DNA of 64,000 bases from Azolla caroliniana. Its lineage: Eukaryota; Plantae; Polypodiophyta. The translations under genes and the position numbers were made by a program. Below are positions 31,323-42,317 of this stretch, one piece after another (position 1 is the stretch's first letter; each line of letters opens with the position of its first letter). The notes below the pieces were generated by a model. The model saw nothing but the letters and a program-made list of their open reading frames with translations. It was not told the origin of the DNA and searched no databases. The stretch lies in NCBI GenBank assembly GCA_043228905.1, contig JBHGNT010000018.1, positions 5,332,001-5,396,000 of the forward strand, written 5' to 3'.

Positions 31323-34300
31323 ACTGTCACAGACAAGTATAATAGAGTAGAACGAAGATAAGACTGGAGAACAAGAGAGAGCAAAAGAACAAGAACTCAA
31401 CTTATAGAATCCGTAACTTGTGTTGTACACCTTGATTAGAATCAAGGTGCACATGAGTATTTATACAAGAGGGTAGGGCTATGTAAGCCAGCTAGAAATA
31501 GAGTGCATGAGGATGCATGCAATAGAGAATGCATGAGGGTGCATGCAAGCTAGAGAATGAGAATGCATGTAAACTAGGAACTTCCAATGTTCAATCTACA
31601 CTATATGAAGTTGAATTAAATACAAGGATGCATATGTAGCTCAAGTGCTAGGGTTTGCCCAATAGAGACCATGAGGTCTTGGGTTCAATCCCTACCTTCC
31701 TCTGTGGCATATGTCTATGACAACGTGAACCTAACAAATGCTGAGTGCTCATGGGTAGTAGATTTCGGTGCTTCATTTCACCTAACTCCCAAAAGAGAAT
31801 GTTTCTCGTCTTACACAACCGACTACAGGTTGATATTGAAGGATGTACGCCATGTTCCGGATGTCAGATTGAATCTGATATCGGCTAGACGGCTAGATGA
31901 CGAAGGCTACAGTGGTGGTTTTCGAAGTGGTACATGGAAGTTCTGTAAAGGGAGCTTGATTGTGGCTCGAGCTCAAAAATAGAATACATTGTATGTAATG
32001 CATGCCAAATTGTGTCAAGATGAAGCAAATGTACTGGCTGGCTCAGATGGTGAGTTGTGGCATAAATGGCTCGGTCACATGAGCGAAAGGGGAATGCATA
32101 TCCTTGCGGAAAAGGATTTTCTACTAGAGGTGAAAGGAATACACTTGGAGAAGTGTGTGGACTGCTTGGCTGGAAAGCAAAATAGAACAACCTTTCACTC
32201 TAGACCTCCGATGAGGAGAGAGCATGCCTTAGAGCTGGTTCATATAGATGTGTGTTATGTGGATGCCCCATCACATCGTGGAGGACAATAGTTTGTCACA
32301 TTTATTGATGACTTCAGTAGGAAGGTATGGGCTTATGTGCTGGTGTCTAAGGACCAAGTGTTGTTAGTCTTTAGAGAGTTTCATGCAAGGGTAGAAAGAG
32401 AATCTGGACAGAAGCTAAAGGTTGTTTGGACAAAAGCTAAAGGTTGTTTGGACAGATAATGGTGGTGAGTATAGAGGCCAATTTGAGATGTATTGCAAGA
32501 CTCAAGGCATCAAACTTGAGTATATGGTGCCGAAGACACCTGAGCTAAATGGTCTAGCAGAAAGAATGAATAGGACTATTATGGAAAGGGTAAGAAGCAT
32601 GTTGGTGCATGCAAAATTGCCAAAGTCGTATTGGGCTGAGGCAATGTTGATGGCTGTCTATCTTATAAACAGGTCTCCATTAGTGCCCTTGAAGGGGAAT
32701 GTACCACAAAGGGTGTGGACAGGAAGGAATATATCCTATCAACACTTAAAGGTGTTTGGATGCTTGGCCTATGTACATGTTGCTAAAGATCAAAGGTCAA
32801 AGCTGGACATGAAGTCCAAACCTTGTATATTCTTGGGGTACTCGGAAGACGAGTTCGGGTACAGAATGTGGGATCTCCTTGGTAAGAAAGTGATAAGAAG
32901 TCGAGATGTCATATTCATGGAAGATAAGACAATCGAGGACTGGAAACAACAAAGACCAGAGTCGCCTTCCAAATCGACTACCGTTATGGAGTTGACATTG
33001 GTCGATCCCACTCCCACACAACCAGCCGACGGACAACAGTTGGCTGATGAAGTCGAACCTGAGTTTGTCGACACCCAAAAACAGATAGATGCACACGAAT
33101 CTGAGTCAGAAGATGAGTTGTTGGAAGAAAGTGAATCTGAGCCAGTCATCGAAGGAAGAAGATATCCACGAAGACAAAGGAAGGCCTCCTCTCGATATCC
33201 AACCAGTCAAAATATCCTCTTGACTGATGAAGGGGAACCAGAATGCTATGAAGAGGCCATGAGTGATGTACACAAGGAGAAATGGTATAATGCCATGCAA
33301 GAAGAAATGGATTCCTTGCATGAGAACCTAACTTATGAGTTAATGGAGTTGCCTGATGGTAAGAAGGCACTTAGAAACAAACGGGTCTACAAATTAAAGA
33401 CAGGTGAAGACGGAAGTACACCCAAGTATAAGGCCCGCATTGTCGTAAAGGGTTTCCAACAGAAAAAGGGTGTTGATTTCGATGAGATTTTTGCTCCAGT
33501 TGTCAAGATGACCTCTATCCGGACTGTTTTGAGTATCGTTGCTAGTATGAATCTTGAAATCAAACAATTGGATGTTAAAACAACTTTCTTGCATGGTGAG
33601 CTAGAAGAGGAAATTTATATGCAATAGCCGGAGGGCTTTGAGGTAAAAGGAAAAGAGAACCTCGTGTGCAGGTTGAGGAAAAGCTTGGATGGTCTAAAGC
33701 AAGCTCCACGACAATGGTATAAGAAATTTGAGTACTTCATGTTGGAACATGGATTCCACAAAACACAAGCCGATCATTGTGTATTTGTGAAAAGGTATAA
33801 TGAAGGTGATTTTCTTATTCTGTTGTTGTATGTGGATGATATGTTGGTTGTTAGACAACATGTTAAAAAGATTGCAAGCTTGAAGAAAGCATTGAGCAAA
33901 TCGTTTGCCATGAAAGACTTAGGACCAGCAAAACAGATTTTGGGAATGCATATAGTCCGAGACAAGATTAAAAACATGCTATGGCTATCACAAGAGAAGT
34001 ATGTGACAAAGGTTTTGCAACGGTTTAACATGTACAATGCAAAATCTGTTGGATCTCCATTGCCAGTGGACTGTAAGTTAAATTCAAGACAATGTCCGAA
34101 AACTGAGAAAGATAAGGCAGAGATGAGGAGAGTGCCATATATACCTTTGTTGTCGGTAGTCTTATGTATGCTATGGTTTGCACGAGGCCGGACATTGCAT
34201 TTGCTGTCGGGACAGTTAGTCGCTACATGAGTAATCCTTGAAAGGAGCATTGGGCAGCCGTAAAATGGATACTTAGATATCTAAGAGGGACTTTGAGTGT

Positions 34301-34795
34301 ATGCCTTAGATATGGTTAAGAGAAACTTATCCTAGAAGGTTTCACAGATTCTGATATGTTGGGTGATGTAGATTCCAACCGATCCACATCAAGGTATGTG
34401 ATGACTTATTCAGGAGGAGCCGTGTCATGGCAATCAAGATTGCAAAAGACTTTGGCTTTGTCAACCACAGATGCTGAGTATATGGCTGCAGTGGAAGCCG
34501 GAAAACAAGTGATTTGGATGAGAGACTTCTTAAGCGAGCTAGGAATGAAGCAAGAAAGGTTCTTGCTTCATTTGGCTAAGAATGCTGCCCATCATTCCCG
34601 TACGAAGCACATTCAAAGAAGGTATCATTGGTTGCGAGAGAAAGTGGAAGAAAATGAATTTGCTTTAGCAAAGATCCATACTGACGAAAATGGATCAGAC
34701 ATGCTCACTAAAATCTTATCAATGGAAAAACTTGTTGCATGCCGACAAAGGATTGGGTTGGTTGATTCTCCCCCTACAGGAGTGAAGGGGGAGTT

Positions 34796-35560
34796 TGTTG
34801 TGTAAAATTGTCCCTCCTTACGGTGGAGTCGACTGAAGAGCCGACCCGAGACACGGCTTAGCCGAAAAGCCGAACCGTGCACAGGAGTCAACCCGAGACG
34901 CAACGCGGTCGAAAAACCGAACCGTGCCAAGAGTTGAAGGGAACTCGGAGGTGTATACACATATATACACACTTTGATTCACATCTATGTATATGTGGGT
35001 TAGCATACATATACGCTAAGAGGCATTCGCTGCCTTTGTATGTGGGATAAATGAACCAGAGAAAAAGTAGTGAGTGTAGCCATATACATATAGTAAACTC
35101 AAGTGAGTTGTAGTATTATTGAGTGTGCTTTAGGCGCGAGTGTGAGAAGAGCGAAAAATGAGTTGCAGAAGAGAAGTGTGACTTAGAGAACGACCGCGTA
35201 TATGCACAGTAGTGGCTGTGAGAACGAAACAGAAAAAGCTGAGTGTGTGTGAAGAAAAGGGATAAGAACAAAAGGGGAAGAAAGACAAGAACTGAGAAGC
35301 CAAGGGAATTTCGAACGGGAAAGACACCTATGCATTAGGGTTTGGTATGCTCATTTGAAATCGCGATATTAGAGCACATTCAGACTAGTACAGGTTCTTT
35401 TATTCAGTGGTTGTATTCTGTCTTTCTATCATAGTGAAATTTCTGTTCCGTGGTTTTTTCCCCTGAAATCAGGGTTTTCCACGTAAATCTTGTTTTACTC
35501 TTTATTTTCAATTTGTGTCTAAGGTTACTTCGTAATCCTTGTCTAAGTGAAATCTTATCA
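34796..35560 (+). repeat. 3' LTR of A (765 bp)
   Basis: Follows PPT; ends tcttatCA, then TSD. Confidence 0.92.
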
Positions 35561-35565
35561 ATGGT

Positions 35566-35895
35566 CACATTCATGAGCATGATCTCGACAATATCGAGAT
35601 TCCGAAAGGGGAACAGGAACCAGTAGCAGTTAGTTTGAAATCGGATAAGCGTGACTACGAGAGCCTCAAGAAAACTTGGGTGCTTAAGATCGGGCTATGG
35701 TGCATTGAATATCAGCCTGAATCGCGACCGACCATGTTACGGATTGTTCAGCTCTTGGAAGGAAATGGTGAAGACATTGGTATCCCGTCTTACCCGGCTC
35801 CGAGTGTGGTCTTAGTAGGCTATCAAAGCACTAGCACCTCTACAAATATAGCTTCCTACATGGCAGACTCGGATGTGGCTATATCTGCAAGGTAG
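35566..35895 (+). pseudogene. RLK pseudogene 4, 3' part
   Basis: Joining across the ATGGT TSD restores EHPNGHIHEHDLDNIEIP (gene 3 EHPQGQIDEHDHENIGIP); ends WCIEYQPESRP…AISAR*. Confidence 0.9.
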
Positions 35896-36457
35896 CTATC
35901 TACTAGCTAGGTTTAGCTTCATTCTCATCATGAATGTGAAGAGCTGAAGAAGCCATTTATGTGCAACCATGTTATCTTGTATCTTGTACAAGTAGACACC
36001 TCTGTTGTATGCTATTTTTGGGGGGGCCTTTGTGTGTGTGGGTTGTTTGAATCCTGATTGCATCAGAAATGATAGCATTGGGAATCTGGTTTGTGATTTA
36101 GACTATTGAATAAACCACTTCTTGATTTAGAAATCTCTTGCCTCCTTCCATCCCTTGAATTAGGACTTTTTGACTACTCGTGTGCAGACATGGAACTAGA
36201 TCTTTTGAAGCCTTTTTGTTTGTGTGTAGATATGGAAAATGTCTAGCATCACCAAATTCGGAAGGACTACCAAAAACAGTGGACTTATTTGTGCTATTAT
36301 TTAAAAAGCTATGTTTCTTTGGTTCTCAACTTCTCAGTGATTCATAAGAAGAAAAGCAAAAATCAAAACAGAGAAGAAGAAATAAAAAAAACAAAGAACA
36401 AATAAAGACATTAATGTTAAAGGACTAAAAACAACCCAGAAATAATGTAAAAGCATA

Positions 36458-36528
36458 ACACACGCACACACACACACACACACGCACACGCACACGCACA
36501 CGCACACGCACACGCACACGCACACGCG

Positions 36529-36598
<70 letters not shown>
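36458..36598. repeat. (CA)n/(CACGCA)n compound microsatellite, ~140 bp alternating purine-pyrimidine
   Basis: Direct reading. Confidence 0.95.
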
Positions 36599-36602
<4 letters not shown>

Positions 36603-37346
36603 CTATTCTATAAAAAGGTATACCAAGAAGCCATTCAAGGTCTCATTCTCAATGTCAACATGGAATCATGCCATTGAAGTTGTCCGACTTCCTACCAGAA
36701 CAAGCTTTAAATTGGAAGAGATCATTGAAACATGCTACGAGAACAAGCTTTAGAGGAAGAGATGTATGTATGTACTAGAGTTGGTGACGATCAAACAAGC
36801 TTCGTATTGATTTAGCCAGTCATGTTCAATCATTATGGTTAACCAAGGACATGGTTATGCTAGACGCAATAAAAGGGAGATGTTTTATATAATCAAGCAT
36901 TTGAGATTAAGGACCAGATTACGGTCTGAGATATTAACCATTTGATGGTAGTAGTTGTTGATTCATGAAAAATTACACTTCAACTAAAAATGAATTTATT
37001 TCATGTCTCATCATAGAGTTGGTAAGCTTTATATCCATGAATGTCGCCATATTTGACAAAGATTGTTTTGTTTGCCAAAGCATCGTAGTTTGTTTCTGTT
37101 CTTCTTAGGCACATGTGTAGGTAGAACATCCAAACATTGTAAGTTAAGTCTCAAACGTACGAACTTCCAGATCGATTAAATCATTTCCACCAATAGACCA
37201 TAACATGTCCTTATATAAAAATTTTGCTTAAATAATAATAATAATAATAATAATAACATTTCCTCATCGAGGAAATATTGTTATTTTTATTGTTATTTAT
37301 TTTAATATACATATAGTTATGTTAATAATACTTATACTCTAGCCAA

Positions 37347-38387
37347 CTACCTTGCAGAGAAAATTACATCGGATTCTGCCATGTAGATTTGCACATTTGT
37401 AGAGTTGCTACTGCTTTGATAGCCTACTAAGATCGCACTCGGAGCTGAAGAATTTGCAACAGGGATGGTCGCAATTCGGGCTAATATTGAAGACACCAGA
37501 GCCCGATCTTAAGGACTTGGATTTTCTTAAGGTTTTCCGCACGCTTATTTGATTGTACTAAGTCAACTTCTCTGTTGGCGATGTCAATATTGTCAAGATC
37601 ATGCTCATGAATCTGACCCTATGGATGTGGATTCTCTTCTTCTCCATTTGATATTCTCACATTGTTATAGTCGCTCGAAATGTACTTGTATGCCCAAACC
37701 ACAAGGGTTTCATCATCCTTACCTCTCTCATGGAATCCCCTCACCAGCTTAAGCAGCTTTAGCTGTAGACGTCCACTTTAGATGTGATCTCAACGGTTTT
37801 CAACCATTCGGGTGCCATGTAGCTCCTCGTTCCTTGTGCACCCAACATGTGTAGATTGCTCCTCATCTTTTCTAACTTCCTTGCCAAATCGAAGTCGGCC
37901 ACTTTCGGCGTAAAACCACGATCTAAGAGCACATCTTTGGGCTTAATGTCACAGTGCAATATGTGGCTTGCAATCATGGTGAAGGTATGCAATGCATCGG
38001 GCTGTTCCTACAGCTATGGAGTATCGAACTGCACATGGGAGAGGCTTCGGTTCTTTGGAGAGGAACCTGGCAACCGATCCATTCTCGATGTATTCATATA
38101 CCAATATCCTCTTCCCGGGAGCTCGGCCTCCTCCTCCGATGGAGTAGCCCACAAGATCCACTAGTTTGACATGATGGATCTTGCCAAGAGTGCTCACTTC
38201 TGCTCTGAATTGCCTCTCAGCTTCTCGATGGCTTGCTCCCATGGTGTCTTTTAGCACCTTCACAGCAACAGGGAGTAGCTTTTCTCTTGCTTTTTTCTCA
38301 TTCTCCATCACCACTATGATTCTGCCTTTATATACTTTCCCAAAACCCCATTCACCCAATAACTCATTGAAATTCTTAGTTGCATCT
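37347..38387 (-). pseudogene. RLK pseudogene 5 (kinase-domain fragment, very close to gene 3)
   Basis: GFGKVYKGRIIVVMENEKKAREK…HCDIKP…SAR* nearly matches gene 3; frameshifts and deletions; ectodomain and TM absent; ends just before LTR G. Confidence 0.9.
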
Positions 38388-39442
38388 TTCGGAGGATCTG
38401 TGGAAAATAATAATAATTATAGGCCAAAAAAATTAATAAATAAATATTAGTAGTAGTACTTATATAACGAACCCGTAACCGACCCGTAACCGTATCTGTG
38501 GTGGTCTTATAAAGCCACCACGAATGATGTAAGAGCCAAACGACCTAATAGCCTTATAGTCTATGCCTTTCTTAAATCACAAAACACATGCCCTTATCAT
38601 AATTTAACTTTCATGCCCATACAAAAATAATCATATTCATAGTGTCCAAAATCGTCAAGTAATGAAAGACAATTTTGTGTTTGCCATGTGCTGATCCGGA
38701 CAACCCTCGGCAATAATGGCACAATCTATGTTGTCATCGCAACTCAACATGTGAAAATTCACGATCGAAAAGTTATCGGACACAAATTATCGAATTTGGA
38801 AGGCAAGATTAGAATTACTTTTTAAATATAATAAAGTATGGGACATAATTTCAGGATTGTCGACAAAACTTGAAAAAGGCGAAGAACTTGAAGAATATGA
38901 AGAAAAAGACTTGTGTGCAAGAATGGAAATTCTAATGCACGTAAGTGATGGCACCGGAGAAACATTGCGGAAAATGGAGACGATTCATGAAATGTGGAAG
39001 CACTTACAAACTATCTACGAGCCGAAACACGATGCCCAACAAGCGCATACACTTCAAGCGCTTGTTAATTACAAAATGAATGACGAACAACCGGTTGGTG
39101 AATTTCTATTAATATGACAAAAGAAATTAGATGATGTGTTAACTTCGGGATTAGAAATCCATGATAAATTACAAAAGATTCTCCTTCTTCGTGCTCTTCC
39201 TCACTCGTGGTCCACTCTCAGAACCACCCAAAACTCTATAATCTTGCAAATATTAGACATGAAGTTCAACAATGATTTACAAAGGTCGTCAAATTCAACA
39301 CTAAGTGTGGTAATGGTAGCATAAAAAAACCGAAGATTCACTCAAAGAGGAGAAAACTCAAAGCTATGGATAAAGAAAGATCAAAACATTAAACAAGGAG
39401 TAATGCGGTTTAACTACACCTATTGTAAAATATGCAAACGTA

Positions 39443-39880
39443 TGTTGTCCACCGGAATAGTAACCGACGGACAAGAGCGTAGGAATAAGAAATAATATAA
39501 GATCATAACGCATGTAACGGTTCATGCAGGAAGCGTGAATGACTAGATAGACCCTGTGTATATAAAGGGCAGAAAACCTCGGATAGAGGGAGCGTGTAAT
39601 TTTGGGAATGTAAAGAAACGTATCATAATAGAATTCGATCTTCTCTGAAAGTCTGTGTATAGCTACGCCTAATCCACTGTGTGTCTAGAATACCTGAGCG
39701 TGTAAGAACGTAAGTGTAAACCTTGCTAAGGAGTCGGTTGTAGCCGTCTCCCTTATATGCTGATAGGTTACAGGGAGCATTCCCCTACGCATTACGCATA
39801 GACGCCTATTCGTTGTTCCACAACCACTTGGAGGTCTAGGTCAAAGGATTGACCGCGGACCGTGTTCCTAATCGGCAACA
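39443..39880. mobile_element. Solo LTR (438 bp) inserted in the zinc knuckle of G
   Basis: TGTTG…CAACA termini, perfect TSD ACGTA, TATA-like gtatataaag at ~39558; removing it restores the CCHC motif. Confidence 0.9.
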
Positions 39881-42317
39881 ACGTACAAATCATGCAACAA
39901 AAGATAGTTGCGCAAAGTCAAATTTCAAGAATTATCAATCGTGGAAGTGTGTACAAACCCATCTTGTTGAAGAAGAGATGGATGATGAAAAAGCCGTAGG
40001 AGATAGATATCAAAATGGTGACAAGTATGACGATGTCCTTCAAGCATTCATTGCCGAATCACTTTCCGCTATCACTCCAAATCCAAGTAATGTAAAAGAC
40101 ATATGGTATCTTGACACTAGTGCTACTAACCACTTAACTAATAGAAAAGATTGGTTACGTAACTATAAGGAAGTTGAACCTCCTATCATTGTAAGATTTG
40201 GAAATAATGGGACTAAACAAGCTCTTGGCAAGGGTGATATTACTTTCGATGTCACAGGAGGAAGACATTTCACAATCAATGAAGTTCTCTATGTCCCAGG
40301 CATCACCAAACATTTGCTATCGGTTAGTCAAGCAACGACAAATGGTACTATAATTGAATTTCATCCTAACCATGCTATTATTAAACATAAAGCCTCTAAT
40401 GGAGAACTTATTAGTGTTGAGAGATCAAGCTCAACTTAGTTTAGTTAGTTAGTCAACACATGTAACTTAGTAGTTACCTAGATAGAATCTAGTTAGTGTG
40501 TTGACCATAAAGCCTTAAATAGGATTTTGTACTCGAGTGGGATACATTGTAGATCCACCACTTCATGCTCATTTAATATAGGACTAACACGTTGTACCTA
40601 TATTCTCCTAGCACATGTGCACCCTTGCACATGAAACCTATATATACCTCATTGAAGGTACTTTTGTATTTGATGATAGTTGATGATATTTACCTTTTAA
40701 TATACTTTATCATCCCCCATCTTGTTTTTGTGTTCATAAGTGTACTTCTCTCTCTCTTCCTCTCACGCACACATACACGCACATATAACTTAATCTTCCG
40801 CTACGTAATCACATAATTAGGTAATAATTATTCCTTAATTAATTACCTAATCCTTAACACGGTATCAAAGCGTGTGGTTTAGCATATCCACTAAGCCCAC
40901 CCGACACTCCGTGATTGTGTGTTCAAAACGCCGACGACAAATTCCGGCCATCTGCTACCGTAGTGGCGCTACGTAGCACAAGTACGTGATCGAAGAAAGA
41001 AGAGCCAAAAAGGAAGACACAAAACAACATGAGCACACAAATGGGTAGCTCGCTCCCTAGTGAAAATCTAGAGCGGAGCAATTATTCATCTTGGGAGTAC
41101 AAGATGACCCAATACCTCGTCGGCCAAGGGTATTGGAGCTACATCAACGGCGCACTCAAGAAAAAGCCCGACAACATAAACGCCAACTACCCAATGTGGG
41201 AGCAAGGAGCGAGTCGGGTAATGTATTGCTTGGCAACATGTGTCCACAACCATATGCTTAGCCACATTCAAGACGCCAAGACGCGTAAAGAGGCGTGGGA
41301 GAACTTAAAGAAAATGTTCGCCACCAACACGACCGCCCGCAAACTTCAACTCCAGCAAGAGTTTAATAACATTTGGCAAAAAGACATGTCCGTGTCGGAC
41401 TACACCGCCAAAATCAAGAGCATTTGTGACTCGCTTGGCTCCATCAACATAAACGTCGACGAAGATGAGATGGTTCAAGTATGCTTGGGCGGCCTCGCAT
41501 AACGATTTGATCCACTATGGACGACAATCTTGGCGAGAGATAACCCTCCTTCGTTCTTCGACCTCCAATCGATGTTATTGGTCGAAGAAAACCACGTTTG
41601 AACCAAAAGCAAGGAACCGGAAGGACAAATGTTCTTCTTGAATTCGGACGGTGGTCGTGGAAGAGGTCGTGGCGGTAGAAGAGGAAGTCATCGAGGAACA
41701 AGGTTGGAAAACGAGGCCCGCAACTTGCAATTATTGCGGCAAAATCGGCCACTGTGAGGCGGTGTGTCGGAAGAAAAGAAATGAGTCGACGTTGACAAGC
41801 TGGCAACTCACAAACTATGCCAACAACTCTGAATACGATGATTACGGTAGACTATTCGTAATGAGGCATAGAGTGAACTCTCTAACGGCCTCCAACTCCG
41901 CAAGCGCCTCCAACTTGGAAGACGTGTGGTTCGTCGATTCTGGCGCCTCACATCACATGACATCTCACGAAGAGTGGTTTCGTGATTTACGAATGCCGGA
42001 TCGACCCGGCTTCATAGAGACGGGAGATGACACCATGCACCCCATTCGGCACATCGGCAATGTCCCATTCGGGAAAGAAGGCGAGCAAACTTGCATAAAG
42101 AATGTCTTGCACGTGCCCACAATAACGAAGAATTTGGTCTCGGTCGGCCAAATCGTGGAGCAAGGCATGCAAGTCCGCTTCAACAACGAAGGTTGTTTCA
42201 TTGAGAAAGATGGCCGACTCATATCGAAGGGGCGGAGAGACGGCCAAATGTTCATCCTCGATTCGAACGAGGTGAAATCGGCAATGTACACTAAAGGTCT
42301 CAAAAACGAGATGAACA

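Larger units (their letters stand above)
21022..31722 (-). mobile_element. Ty3/gypsy chromovirus B (Tcn1/Tf1-sushi-like; degenerate), nested in A
   Basis: LTRs 21022-21393 and 31325-31722 (TGTCA…TGACA); TSD GCGTG/ACGTG (1 mismatch); gag 31296-30508; PR split by C; RT YLDD; RH; INT; C-terminal chromodomain EEYEGDRILDSR…YLVLWKGYP…TWEP; PPT ggagggagaataa. Confidence 0.93.
19497..35560 (+). mobile_element. Ty1/copia LTR retrotransposon A (degenerate; hosts B and C)
   Basis: TSD ATGGT (19492-19496, 35561-35565); LTRs TG…CA at 19497-20128 and 34796-35560; Met-i-type PBS tggtattagagc 20132-20143; PPT gagtgaagggggag; gag 20155-21021; PR-INT-RT(YVDD)-RH 31728-34795 with stops and frameshifts. Confidence 0.95.

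Noticed and set aside
32407-32455. 22-bp tandem duplication in the integrase of A
   Set aside because: Ordinary inactivating slippage mutation
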